Assembly: GCA_035510555.1 (NCBI GenBank)
Contig: DATKGX010000048.1
Location: forward strand, 12,148 to 76,147
Length of the DNA stretch: 64,000 nt
Reading direction: 5' to 3'
Source: Patescibacteria group bacterium
Lineage (GTDB): Bacteria > Patescibacteriota > Microgenomatia > Levybacterales > UBA12049
Notes under the pieces: model-generated
What the model was told of the DNA's origin: nothing
Seen by the model: only the letters and a program-made list of their open reading frames with translations
Database searches by the model: none
Program-made: the position numbers and the translations under genes
In this document: positions 32,751 to 43,232 of the stretch, piece by piece
How positions within the stretch are numbered: the stretch's first letter is position 1
Layout of the letters: the number at the start of each line of letters is the position of its first letter

Positions 32751-34306
32751 AGCTTAATTTTCTTTCTCAGCAGAACAAATGCTAATAGGCCACCAACACT
32801 AATTATAGAGATTAAATCTGAAAATAGCCTGACCGGCGTTTCCTTAAAGACGACTTGAACATTATTTAAGCCTTTATCTAAACGTAACTTTATTAAGCCC
32901 ATTGGATTATTATATAAAATTTCCGTTTGTCTTCCGTTAACATAAGCATACCAACCCGGAAAATAAATCGTGTTAATCTGAATTGTTTCTGAATTATTTA
33001 AAGATACTAAAAATGAAGTTTTGTTTGCAGTTGCTTGAAGAATATTAATGGTTTCACTGCTGGTTAAATTTTGCACTTTGACTGCTGCCATCACTTGTGG
33101 AATATTTTGAACCCACTTTGGCATATATTCATTTTTTACCGTTGTCGTGTCTTGATTAGTTGAATAGTAACTGTCGGGAAAATTTTGAAAAGTTTTTGGC
33201 ATCAAATATAAAAACGCTGAAAAGAAAACTAAAACCAAGATAATGAAGCCCATGACGATTTGCTTTCTTTTTGCAAAGACTGAAACTAAACAGGCAGATA
33301 AAAACGCCACGGATGGAATTGTTAATGATAAAAAGCGGAACGGAAATTGCACAAAAGAGCTTGGTAAAATTTTCCACCAAAACGCACTTAATGAACTTGC
33401 CAGATAAATTGAGAGGATTGAAATTATAAACATTAAAAAGGTTAATCTAAGTCTTTTTATTTTTATCAATCCGCTAAGAATAAGAATGACGGCAGCTAAA
33501 ATTATAAATGCGGTTGACCAACCAACTAAACCAAAACTGGCAAAATAATTATTGATATTGGAAACTGGCGTTTTGGCAAAAACCGTGTATTGCAAATCGA
33601 ACAGCGCAGGAATCCAGAAAAAGGCTGAAACTCCTACTCCAAAAAGTAAGGTCACAAAACAGAAACGGCCGGTTTTGATTCTTTCTTTGGAAATGAAGAT
33701 GTTTAACAGCGTATAGGGAATTATTAAAAACATGAATAATACTGCAAGAGTATTGTGAGCAACGATTAGACAGGCAATGCCGATTGAAATCCAAAATAAA
33801 CTTCCTCTCTCTATCTGCCATAAAATGAATGGCAAAATTGTTAGTGATAAGACTTCCCCGACCGAACCTCGTTGATAGATGTCGAACAAATGATAAGGGA
33901 AAAATGTATAGAGAGTGGCTCCAATTAGTGAAGAAAAATTATCAAATATTTTCCTCAGCCAAAGAAATGTAAATAAAGAAGACGTAAAGATACAGAGAAT
34001 TAGCAAAGTTTTTATTGTATTGACGAAATTAATCCCTAGAATATGAATCGGGACGGCCAAATACATAAACAGGGGGTATAAAAAATCAGCGACCGGATAA
34101 CCATAGCCGTTATTTAAGCGCATTAAAAATCTGACAGGAAATTCACCGTTTCTTAGAGTTTGGAAAAAAGCCGAGAACCTGATGACCATCCAACCGCCGT
34201 CATCAGTAACGGGAAATCCGGAATGCAGTAGGCCTAAAATTGCCGGAACTGCCAATACCACTGCCAATAATATAAATACTAAATTACGATTTATTTTTTT
34301 TAACAT
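32747..34306 (-). CDS. PTPS-related polytopic membrane protein, putative GT-C glycosyltransferase
   Basis: TDDG, PVRF..RLNNGYGYP, QRGSVGE, VQFPFRF, YFPGW. Confidence 0.75.
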   Translation of the reverse strand: MLKKINRNLVFILLAVVLAVPAILGLLHSGFPVTDDGGWMVIRFSAFFQTLRNGEFPVRFLMRLNNGYGYPVADFLYPLFMYLAVPIHILGINFVNTIKTLLILCIFTSSLFTFLWLRKIFDNFSSLIGATLYTFFPYHLFDIYQRGSVGEVLSLTILPFILWQIERGSLFWISIGIACLIVAHNTLAVLFMFLIIPYTLLNIFISKERIKTGRFCFVTLLFGVGVSAFFWIPALFDLQYTVFAKTPVSNINNYFASFGLVGWSTAFIILAAVILILSGLIKIKRLRLTFLMFIISILSIYLASSLSAFWWKILPSSFVQFPFRFLSLTIPSVAFLSACLVSVFAKRKQIVMGFIILVLVFFSAFLYLMPKTFQNFPDSYYSTNQDTTTVKNEYMPKWVQNIPQVMAAVKVQNLTSSETINILQATANKTSFLVSLNNSETIQINTIYFPGWYAYVNGRQTEILYNNPMGLIKLRLDKGLNNVQVVFKETPVRLFSDLISIISVGGLLAFVLLRKKIKL

Positions 34307-36656
34307 AAATTACCGTTAAGAATAACGCTAATAAACCCAAGACCGCAATCCCCAAGCCCAATTCAAAAGTTTTCGGACTATAATAGAATTCCACAATATG
34401 TTCTCCTTTTGGTATCGCCACTGCCCGGAAGGCATAATCTGCCAGCATAAGCTCCGTTGGCTTTTCATCAATGGTTACTTTCCAATCCGGATAATAATTA
34501 TCCGAAATAAATAATAGCTCGTTGCCTGAAGTTTTAGTATTAAAAAAAACTTTATTTGGAGAATATGAAATAAGTTTTACTTCTCCGCTCGAGTTTTTAT
34601 CAATAGTGAGGCCCGGTAATTTTTCTAAAATTAGCGTTTTCCCTAAATCGGCAGTATAAATTGCGCTTAAAGCTTGAGCTTTATTTTTTACCAAAACAAA
34701 ATCACTGGTCAAGAAAAATCTTGGCAAAGCATTTTTGTTTTCATAAACCTGCCAAGGATATATTTTTTCAACTAGGGTGAATTGATCCGCAGGAAAAGTG
34801 CTGAAATCCGTTTGAAGCCAAGTGTCAACCATATCTTGATAATTAAGGACATATTTAATGCCTAGCAGATTGAGAATTCTTTGCCGAAAATAATTTGTCT
34901 TTAAATCATTAACTCCATACCCGGGCGCAATATTGGCATCTGGTCTTGGTAGCATTTGCGGTAACTTACCATTTATTGATGACGCTAATAATTCTCCGTA
35001 TCTGGAAATGTGCAAAGGGTCATTGCCTTCAGGCGAAAAAGTTTGGTCAACGCTTTGGTAGTTCGCCTGGATATAAGCCGAACCGTATCCCCAATACCGG
35101 TTAATGCCGGCGATATTTTGAAGATAAGAAGTAATTGGTGTTTGCGGATAAGTCAACTCGCTTGGCGCAAATGGCGTAATTTTGTTGAAAAAATAGAACA
35201 GATCAAATATCACCAACAGTGTCAATAAAACCAAGCTGATTTTAAGATTTATCCTTTTTAGAAAAACTGCCAAAATCGTTAACAAAATAAGAACGCTGGG
35301 AAGAATTAAATTGTGCTCGCTGATTTTTAGATTTGCGGAAAGCGCCGGAGAAAATTTAATCAGAAATAAAACTGCTCCCCACACCAGTATCAAAAAAACG
35401 ATGAATCCAACCGCAAATATTTTTTTAAAAGATTTCTCGTTTATAAACTGGTTTAATCCGATTGCGCCTAAAACTATCAAACTGAAAATTAAGATGCTGA
35501 ATTCCCTGGTGGCGACAGTTGTTGAGATAACCGGGATTGGAATCAGGTAAAAATATTTAACCAGTGGAAGATTAGTGGCAATAATCAAAGAAACTGCGGC
35601 AACAACCAAGAAAAACTTTTTTTCGAGAGAATTAACCTTGTTGAAAATCGCGTAAATTGCAAAGAAAAGAATGACAATTCCCGGATACATCACCCTTTCA
35701 ATGTAAGTTCCGTCTATCCAATAATTCCGGGTGGCCGGATTGCCAAAGAAATCCGGGATAGCGATAGTTATCCAGTATTGAAGCGGCGCCAAATTCTTTC
35801 CAATCTGTGCTAACGTATATGCTCCTCTGGTAGACTGGGAAAAAAGCTGCAGGGTTGGTAAAATCTGAAAGGAAGTTAATAAAAACGGTAGCGCTAAAGA
35901 GAGTAGAAATAGCAGATGAATCCTGAGTAGTCTCAGTTTTTTTTGCGCGAACATTAAGCATAAGTAGTAGAAAAGGCAAAGAACATAAACATAAAAAACT
36001 CCCTGAATATAACCGGCCAGAATTGCCACAGAAAGAGTGGCGACCAGCGCAAGAAAGTTTTTGCTATTTATTTTTTGTGACATATATTTAATTACTAAAA
36101 GCACCAGCGGAAGCCATAATATGGTGCTACCGATATTTCCGTACTCAAGCCAAACCGTCATATATGAAGAAAAACCAAACGCAATTCCACCGATAACAGC
36201 GGGGAAATCCTTAAGCCCGACTCCTTTTCTAAGGAATAAATACATGAAAAGTGCGGCCAGAAACGGTTGGAACATAATGATTAACGTCCAGGAGAAATTA
36301 AAAGGTAGTAAAAAATACAAAAAATTGAGTGGATAGAAAACGGCTGTTTGAAAATCTGCCAGTTGCGGATTGCCCGAAAAATTATAGGGATTCCAGAAAG
36401 GAATGTTGCCTTGTTTTAGTTGATTAACGGAAAAATAGCGCCAGGGATAGATTTCGCTAATTACATCCTGACCTTGCGCTTTGTTTGGGTATCCATTTGG
36501 AGCAAACCCTAAAAAAGACTGCGCCCGATAGGGATTGGTGTTCACCAAAAGATCGCCGGGAAAAGGAATTTGCCCTTTAAAAATTGGGTAGAAAAATACG
36601 AGAACAACAATCGTGATTAGAATAAAAGGCCAAAAGCGTATCACCTTTTTCATCAT
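34284..36656 (-). CDS. YfhO-family GT-C membrane protein
   Basis: PFWNPYNFSGNP.LADFQ, PDFFGNP, LGIKYV, SDNYYPDW. Confidence 0.82.
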   Translation of the reverse strand: MMKKVIRFWPFILITIVVLVFFYPIFKGQIPFPGDLLVNTNPYRAQSFLGFAPNGYPNKAQGQDVISEIYPWRYFSVNQLKQGNIPFWNPYNFSGNPQLADFQTAVFYPLNFLYFLLPFNFSWTLIIMFQPFLAALFMYLFLRKGVGLKDFPAVIGGIAFGFSSYMTVWLEYGNIGSTILWLPLVLLVIKYMSQKINSKNFLALVATLSVAILAGYIQGVFYVYVLCLFYYLCLMFAQKKLRLLRIHLLFLLSLALPFLLTSFQILPTLQLFSQSTRGAYTLAQIGKNLAPLQYWITIAIPDFFGNPATRNYWIDGTYIERVMYPGIVILFFAIYAIFNKVNSLEKKFFLVVAAVSLIIATNLPLVKYFYLIPIPVISTTVATREFSILIFSLIVLGAIGLNQFINEKSFKKIFAVGFIVFLILVWGAVLFLIKFSPALSANLKISEHNLILPSVLILLTILAVFLKRINLKISLVLLTLLVIFDLFYFFNKITPFAPSELTYPQTPITSYLQNIAGINRYWGYGSAYIQANYQSVDQTFSPEGNDPLHISRYGELLASSINGKLPQMLPRPDANIAPGYGVNDLKTNYFRQRILNLLGIKYVLNYQDMVDTWLQTDFSTFPADQFTLVEKIYPWQVYENKNALPRFFLTSDFVLVKNKAQALSAIYTADLGKTLILEKLPGLTIDKNSSGEVKLISYSPNKVFFNTKTSGNELLFISDNYYPDWKVTIDEKPTELMLADYAFRAVAIPKGEHIVEFYYSPKTFELGLGIAVLGLLALFLTVIYVKKNKS

Positions 36657-38185
36657 CGGTTGGGCGGGATTATTTGATAAACTCGGTAATAAAAATTCGT
36701 GTCTCCTTGTCTAACTTCAAAAACCAACTTGAGCGGAAAATCAATCGGGATTACCACATGCTGCGATTGGTAGAAAACGAAATAGGCAGGCATTTTCTCG
36801 GCATAATTTAACGTTGTTTTAGGGAAAATATCCACCGGCCAGTAACCTTTAACTGTAATATTTTTATCATTACCCAAATACATTTCTAAAGATTCCGGCA
36901 ATAAACCAAAGGTCCCTTCTGTAGCGACAAATATTTTTTGGCTCTCAGATTGTTTCTTAAAAAAAGCAACACTTTCTTTAATTCCCCAACCGGCCGCCCA
37001 GCTGTCAACGTATTGTCCATGATCCGCATCGGCAATTGGCGCTTTTAAGGGATTGATGGCAAAAAGTAACGAAATATACAGAGGATAAGCAATAACCGCT
37101 AATAATAGTATCAGTTGTAAAACTTTTGCATAAGAAACGTTTTTCGGAAAGAACTCTTCGGCTTTTTCAAATAAATAATTTAATGACCAAGCCACCAACG
37201 GCAAAAGCATTACGCTCATTAAAAAGACGAACCTTGGATAAATTAATCTGCCGAAGAGTGCCAGAGCCAGAAACGGCAACGCAAAATACAGCAGTAATAA
37301 AACTTTTTCTTTGAAAAATTTATTAATGAATATTATTGCCAGCAGAACCAAAATTAGGTACGCAGGTGTTAAGTACTGCAAAAGCCAACTGGTAAGTCCG
37401 CTCAAATTACTATTGAAGTAGATAAACGGATGCTGGAACCACTCGGAAAACGGGTAGACAAACGTGGCATTTTTAATCGCAATCATGTCATATAAAGGAG
37501 AGAGTCTTAAGACATTGTAAAGACCATAACTAATAGCTGCAGCGAAAACTGCAAGCGCTGCGAATTTAAATAATTGTTTCTTGACGAATTTCTGTTTAAA
37601 GTTAAAAAGAATTAGTAAGAATGGCAATAAATAGATGCTAAAAAAATTTGAACTTTTGGTTAGAACTCCCCCGCCGATAACAAAACCGAGTGTATAAGCA
37701 ATATTCAATCTGACTTTTCTGACCAAAAGAATAGAAAAATAGAGCGCCCAAACGTAAAAGGTCGCCACCATGCTGTCATACAAAGCCATCCTATCTAAGA
37801 CTTGAGCGAAAGGATAAACAATATATAAAGCAACGGTAAGAAAAGCGGTTCGTTTGTTTTTAAAAAGTTCGTAGGTTAGAGCAAAAAGGCCGAGCATGGT
37901 GAAAAAACCTGAAAGAACCGAAACTAATCTTCCGGCAATAAGCGGATCCTTAATAAATTTTATGAAAACCATTGCAACCCACACAAACATCGGCTGTTTA
38001 CCGTCAGTTAGGGATATAAACCGCCATGCAGCGTCATTTAAAGCAATCTGCGCCCACCTAACATAAATTGCCTCATCGGTAAAGATTGGCAATCGATTGA
38101 GAAAAATTAAACGGAGAACAAAATAAGCTGCAACAAGAAGGATGGAAGTGAGTATTTCCCATTTATACTTCAAAACAAGCTTCAT
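36653..38185 (-). CDS. ArnT/PMT-like GT-C glycosyltransferase
   Basis: PIFTDEAIY..WA, DGKQP, AGRLVS, DRMALYD, LTK. Confidence 0.8.
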   Translation of the reverse strand: MKLVLKYKWEILTSILLVAAYFVLRLIFLNRLPIFTDEAIYVRWAQIALNDAAWRFISLTDGKQPMFVWVAMVFIKFIKDPLIAGRLVSVLSGFFTMLGLFALTYELFKNKRTAFLTVALYIVYPFAQVLDRMALYDSMVATFYVWALYFSILLVRKVRLNIAYTLGFVIGGGVLTKSSNFFSIYLLPFLLILFNFKQKFVKKQLFKFAALAVFAAAISYGLYNVLRLSPLYDMIAIKNATFVYPFSEWFQHPFIYFNSNLSGLTSWLLQYLTPAYLILVLLAIIFINKFFKEKVLLLLYFALPFLALALFGRLIYPRFVFLMSVMLLPLVAWSLNYLFEKAEEFFPKNVSYAKVLQLILLLAVIAYPLYISLLFAINPLKAPIADADHGQYVDSWAAGWGIKESVAFFKKQSESQKIFVATEGTFGLLPESLEMYLGNDKNITVKGYWPVDIFPKTTLNYAEKMPAYFVFYQSQHVVIPIDFPLKLVFEVRQGDTNFYYRVYQIIPPNR

Positions 38186-38222
38186 ATAAAGATTATAGTA
38201 GAACTGTGGTATCTAATCAACG

Positions 38223-38732
38223 CTAGCTTGTAACTTGTTGCTGAGGAGCATCTTGACTACTACGGAAAACCTCTGCAATAGCTCCCAGAGCTTTTGGTCC
38301 CCAGGTGAGCAAATCTTCTCCGTTCATTTCCTGACCGACATTATCAATTAAGATTCCACTAAAACCTCTAAAACTTATCATTCTTTCTGTGCGTTTTTCT
38401 ACCTTACCGTCAGACGTAACAAAAATTCCTGTTTTGTCATCAAGCACTCCTATCCTTAACAAAGCTTCCTGATGATAAGCATTTAAAAGATTTACCATCG
38501 ACCATGTATTGACCACGTTTGCCGAAGGGAAGATTCCCTGACTACACATTAAGTCAGCAAATCTCGCAATTTCACTCGCATACTGAGTTCCCAATTCCCG
38601 TCTATCAGCATCCGTTCGATCGAATACTCTCTGGACTTCCTCAGTACAATAGGTTATTACGTTAAATTCTAATCTACCCTTTCTTTCATCCATAGCGAAA
38701 GCGATTATATTCCGAAGGTTATTGAAAGTCAA
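38223..38732 (-). CDS. Hypothetical soluble protein (start uncertain)
   Basis: 169-aa ORF filling the gap between two GT-C genes; no motif recognised. Confidence 0.5.
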   Translation of the reverse strand: MTFNNLRNIIAFAMDERKGRLEFNVITYCTEEVQRVFDRTDADRRELGTQYASEIARFADLMCSQGIFPSANVVNTWSMVNLLNAYHQEALLRIGVLDDKTGIFVTSDGKVEKRTERMISFRGFSGILIDNVGQEMNGEDLLTWGPKALGAIAEVFRSSQDAPQQQVTS

Positions 38733-39911
38733 CTATAAGATTTTGCGGGTCTTGATTAGAAGAGACAAAACGAAAACTATTAGAACGGCGACTAGGCCGG
38801 CAATTTCAATATTTTGGATTATTTGCGGGTAGCCTTTGGCATAATCGGTCATAAAGACATAAGGAATATAAATTCCTACGGCAAAAATTGACGCAACAAT
38901 TGCCGGAATTGAAATATATTTTTCGTGAGCTACAAACGCCGCCATTGATAGCGGAAACACTAAATACCATGGCTGAAAAGTCGTTCGAATACTGGCGAGC
39001 AGAACCGTTGTCAAAGATAAAATTACTGAAGCGATAAAAAACTTTTCCCAGTTTATTTTTCTGCCTGTTCTATCAAAAAATCCGATGAGAATGAACAGCG
39101 GCAAAAGCGCACCGGTAGAAAACTTAACGCCAATGGAAAAAAGATTACTGACCCAGGATAAAACTTTTTTCTTTTGCAGAAAAAGGTAAATTGAAAGAAG
39201 AATAAAAAATATCATCGGAATGTCGTTATGCGCCGAAACTAAAGATTCAATTAAAACCAGTGGGTTAAAGGCAAAAAAGGCGACATTGAATAATTTATGT
39301 TCAGGGAAAATTCTTGCGGAAATCTTGTAAATTAAATAACAGCTACCTAAAAAGGATAGCGCCATCAGGATTTTAAAAAGGAAAAAAGTCGGCAAAAAAT
39401 AATCCATGCCAATAAAAGTTAAAGGTACGGTTAAAACCAACCAACTTGGGCCATATGGATAAGTGCGCTGAGTCCAACGCATGAAATTAAGCATCGGGTC
39501 ACCTACAAAATCCGAAGGCCTATGGAAATATGGATTTAATTGATAATGCGAAATAATTCTGGCGTCAAAAATATAGTTGAATAAATCATACGAAAATGCA
39601 TTATAAGAAAACACTAAAATAACGGCGGTTAAAATAGTGAGGATAGTTAAAGCTTTGAGCTTAAGCTTGCCTTTCTTTGCCAAATATAAAAACGCGCAAT
39701 AGAAAATAAATAATAAACTGGCTATGACAATAAAGATCAAAGTCGAAAGAGGACGCTCAAAAAAACCGATATGCTGAAGAAATTTTTCAACGGTCTGATA
39801 AATTGACAGTTTTGATAGGGTTAAATTTAAATCGACTTGCGTAAAAGAATAAATGAAAAAACCTACGAGAATAAAAATGTAGGAGGAAAAAAGAAGCCTT
39901 AATTTGTTCAT
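38733..39911 (-). CDS. GT-C membrane glycosyltransferase (MptA/GT87-like)
   Basis: SYDLFNY, NPY..P, YPYGP, FNPL...E....AHND, FQPWY. Confidence 0.75.
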   Translation of the reverse strand: MNKLRLLFSSYIFILVGFFIYSFTQVDLNLTLSKLSIYQTVEKFLQHIGFFERPLSTLIFIVIASLLFIFYCAFLYLAKKGKLKLKALTILTILTAVILVFSYNAFSYDLFNYIFDARIISHYQLNPYFHRPSDFVGDPMLNFMRWTQRTYPYGPSWLVLTVPLTFIGMDYFLPTFFLFKILMALSFLGSCYLIYKISARIFPEHKLFNVAFFAFNPLVLIESLVSAHNDIPMIFFILLSIYLFLQKKKVLSWVSNLFSIGVKFSTGALLPLFILIGFFDRTGRKINWEKFFIASVILSLTTVLLASIRTTFQPWYLVFPLSMAAFVAHEKYISIPAIVASIFAVGIYIPYVFMTDYAKGYPQIIQNIEIAGLVAVLIVFVLSLLIKTRKIL

Positions 39912-40666
39912 AAATTTCTGTATTTCCCCGAAATATCGTTTAATTTGATTCTGACTAAATCTTCTACCGCTTCTAAGGAATCTTTTATCGGACTGACTCT
40001 TCGACTTTCAACATAAAACCATTCAACCGGAACTTCCTTAATTTTATAGCCCATTTTTTGGGCCAGAAATAGTAACTCAACATCAAATCCGGCTTTGACT
40101 GATGATCCGGAAATTTCTTTATAACCATTATGGAATTTCTGTAAGCTTGTAAAAAGCTTATCCGAAACGTCTTTTCTAAAAAGTTTGAATCCGCATTGCG
40201 TATCTTGGATTCCCCTCAGTCCTACGATTACAGACCTTAACACGATCATTCCTCTGGCCATCAAAAGCCGTGTCCACGGATCGCCTTGGCGCTTCGAGCC
40301 CCTACTACCAATCACAATATCGTATTCCTTAACAAATGGCAGAAGCTTGGCTACTTCTTCTACCGGCGTTGCCTGATCCATATCCATAAAAAGGGCATAC
40401 TCGCCTTTTGCTTTTAAGATTCCTGATGTGACGGCGCCCGCCTTTCCAAAATGGGAAGTTTTTATTAAACTAAATCTGGGATTATCTTTGATGAATTCTT
40501 CGACTAACTCGATGCTTCCATCGGTTGAGCCATCATCGACGATGATTACCTCCGATAAGTATTTTTGCCTTGAAAGAAACCGTTCAATCTTATCTAGAAC
40601 TCCTTTACGAAGATTTGTTTTTTCGTTATATGAGGGGACTACAATCGAGAGATAAATTTTACTCAC
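39908..40666 (-). CDS. GT2 dolichyl/polyprenyl-phosphate beta-glucosyltransferase-like
   Basis: Start moved to GTG 40666 (6 nt after TATAAT); VDDGSTD, GKAGAV, FMDMDQAT, DTQCGFKLF, FDVELL. Confidence 0.88.
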   Translation of the reverse strand: MSKIYLSIVVPSYNEKTNLRKGVLDKIERFLSRQKYLSEVIIVDDGSTDGSIELVEEFIKDNPRFSLIKTSHFGKAGAVTSGILKAKGEYALFMDMDQATPVEEVAKLLPFVKEYDIVIGSRGSKRQGDPWTRLLMARGMIVLRSVIVGLRGIQDTQCGFKLFRKDVSDKLFTSLQKFHNGYKEISGSSVKAGFDVELLFLAQKMGYKIKEVPVEWFYVESRRVSPIKDSLEAVEDLVRIKLNDISGKYRNL

Positions 40667-40756
40667 ACAAAGATTATACAAGAAACAAAATCCATAGACA
40701 AATAACTCTTGACAGCATTAAACTAAATACCTTATAAATATATACTGCCTCTTTTT

Positions 40757-41701
40757 ATGTCTGCAGAAATACCGATAACTCCGCCGGATGAGCTTGAAGA
40801 TGTACCCTCAGATTATATTGTACAAAACCAGGCGTTTTGGGATAACGCACGAAGAGGAATATTCTCAAGACCTATGGAAATACCAGCTCTCTTAAGCACT
40901 GCCTTACATAATCGCATCGTAGAAACATTCGAACTAAATCAGGCCCAACAACCAACCGTAGTTTGGTCCGTTGTTTTCGATAACCCTAAATCGCCAAGCA
41001 GTAAATATGTCTACGAAAGACGCTTTCCCGAAGACGTGCCGAAGAAAGAAGAAACAAACTACGCAGTTGGCATCGATAGAATAAATGAATATGTTACAAG
41101 TTATGCAACCAGGGAGTTTATCAGAAGGAATACAGATGCTCCGGTATTACGAGCTGTTTCGAAAGGATATAGATTTGTTTCGGAACTGGCAACCTATGGA
41201 TTACTACTTAGTGGTACTTATAGGCGGATGATAGACATTGAAATATTAGCCAAAGCCGCGGGGAAAGATTTTAAAGGCGCTCTTTGGGAAGGACTTTTTA
41301 ACCATAATTTTGACCCCATCAACGGAATAATTGCCGACACCACGGATTTCACCGGACTATCCAATCTGAATGAATTGGCAATTCAAATCGGACGTACAAG
41401 GTTAAAGAGACTTGATATTGGCAAGCTGGTCGGCAAACTGGAAACCAATAGAACCGACGGAGCCTTAACGAAAGGTGCAAAAAATGCTTGTTTATCTATT
41501 GCGGCTGGAGGAGTGTTTAGAACGCCGGGAATCATAGAATTATCCGGCATAATGATAACCCTGGCCCCTTTAATACCTTTTATTGGCGTGCATGAATCTA
41601 TACATCATTATTCAGGGGGAAAAGATTATCTCGGATTTATCCCTGCGAATTTGATTCACAAAGAAGTAACGCCCCACATGGCAAAATTTGAAGGGGAATA
41701 A
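40757..41701 (+). CDS. Hypothetical protein with HExxH motif
   Basis: 314-aa ORF; VHESIHHY near C-terminus; upstream TTGACA. Confidence 0.55.
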   Translation: MSAEIPITPPDELEDVPSDYIVQNQAFWDNARRGIFSRPMEIPALLSTALHNRIVETFELNQAQQPTVVWSVVFDNPKSPSSKYVYERRFPEDVPKKEETNYAVGIDRINEYVTSYATREFIRRNTDAPVLRAVSKGYRFVSELATYGLLLSGTYRRMIDIEILAKAAGKDFKGALWEGLFNHNFDPINGIIADTTDFTGLSNLNELAIQIGRTRLKRLDIGKLVGKLETNRTDGALTKGAKNACLSIAAGGVFRTPGIIELSGIMITLAPLIPFIGVHESIHHYSGGKDYLGFIPANLIHKEVTPHMAKFEGE

Positions 41702-41703
41702 AA

Positions 41704-43227
41704 CTACATCATTCCCTCACCGGAAACTTCTGCCTTTCCGCCCATTTCTTTAGTCGTTTCCCTTAAGAGAAGCGCAGACAAAGCACCGACGAATGTAATT
41801 GCCGCCGAAGAAAGAAAAACAATATGAAATGACACTAAATTTGCTTTAATTATCATTAGATATGCAGCCTGTTTTAGAACATTCGGATCGAAACTGTTAA
41901 TCACGCTAAATTTCTGCACATTCATTATTCCTGCTGTAACACTGTTAGTTAAAATTGTTGCAAAAATGGCCACTCCGAAAGCTCCGGCAATGTTCCTAAC
42001 CAGCGCTAAAATTGAAGACGCCACTCCGACCTCATGCAAAGGGACAGTTGAAATAGAAGCGTTGGTAATCGGCGCAAACGTCAAACCGAGACCTAAAGCG
42101 AAAAGCGCCAAAAGAATGGCAAAATGCGTAAAGGTCCAAGTTAAATCGATGCCAGAAAACAGATATAGAATAAAGGCCGCCCACATTAGTCCGGTAAAAA
42201 CAACGTATTTGGGTGTAAACCTTGCGGACAAACGCGCGCCAGTTTGCGCACCAATCATCATTCCCGCTGCCATCGGTAAGAAAAGATAACCAGTTTTTGT
42301 AACATCGTAACCCATATAGCTTTGCACAAAAATAGGCAACAGGAAAAGTCCGCCGATCATACCCATAAAAGTGATAAATGATACCAATAGGGAAATGGCG
42401 AATTCCGGAATTTTGAAAAATTTTAAATCGACCACCGGCTCTTTTTGTCTTTGTTCAACCAAAATGAAGGCGACAAACGAAACAGCGGTAACAATATAGG
42501 AGACTACGCTGTTGAGACTGAACCACCCCCAGCTTTGCCCCTGATCCAAAACCAAAACCAATGTCCCCAAAGCCGAGCCTAACAAAAGCGAGCCCCAAAT
42601 ATCAAAATTCTTAATGCCTCTAATCTTTTTTACCGGTTCCTGAATATATTTCCAAGCCATAAAAGCGCCCAAGATGCCAATTGGAACGTTAATGTAAAAA
42701 ACGCTACGCCAGGAAAAATTATCGATTAACGGACCACCTAAAAGCGGCCCAAACACTGCCGCCACGCCAAAAACAGCCGACCAAAGTCCCATCGCCTGGG
42801 CGCGTTTTTGCCTGTCTTGAAAGGTAAAAGCAATAATGGAAAGCGCCAAAGGATAATCGATGGAAACGGTAATTGCCTGCAAAATCCGGAAAATAATCAT
42901 CTGCGGCAGGTTGGCGGAAAGTCCGGCAAAGATAGAGGAGACAACAAAACCGATAATGCCAAAAAGATACAACGGCTTCCGGCCGATTAAGTCACCCAGT
43001 TTGCCAAAAATCGGGACAAAAATTGCGTTAGCAATAATGTAAGCGGTCGAAATCCAACTCGCCTCAGAAACCGTAATGCCAAAATCGGAAATCATTTTAG
43101 GCAAAGCGAGATTGACAACCGTTCCATCAAGTCTTCCCAAAAAACTGGCAATCATGACTGTGAAGAGAATTATCCACTCGTGCGACTGAAATCCACGCCC
43201 TGTAGTTGCTTTTACTTTCTTTTCCAT
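41704..43227 (-). CDS. DHA2 (EmrB/QacA) MFS efflux transporter
   Basis: LDGTVVNLALP, W....Y, GKLGDLIGRK motif A, GPLLGG, WRSVFYINVPIG, ~14 TM. Confidence 0.92.
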   Translation of the reverse strand: MEKKVKATTGRGFQSHEWIILFTVMIASFLGRLDGTVVNLALPKMISDFGITVSEASWISTAYIIANAIFVPIFGKLGDLIGRKPLYLFGIIGFVVSSIFAGLSANLPQMIIFRILQAITVSIDYPLALSIIAFTFQDRQKRAQAMGLWSAVFGVAAVFGPLLGGPLIDNFSWRSVFYINVPIGILGAFMAWKYIQEPVKKIRGIKNFDIWGSLLLGSALGTLVLVLDQGQSWGWFSLNSVVSYIVTAVSFVAFILVEQRQKEPVVDLKFFKIPEFAISLLVSFITFMGMIGGLFLLPIFVQSYMGYDVTKTGYLFLPMAAGMMIGAQTGARLSARFTPKYVVFTGLMWAAFILYLFSGIDLTWTFTHFAILLALFALGLGLTFAPITNASISTVPLHEVGVASSILALVRNIAGAFGVAIFATILTNSVTAGIMNVQKFSVINSFDPNVLKQAAYLMIIKANLVSFHIVFLSSAAITFVGALSALLLRETTKEMGGKAEVSGEGMM

Positions 43228-43232
43228 AGGAC

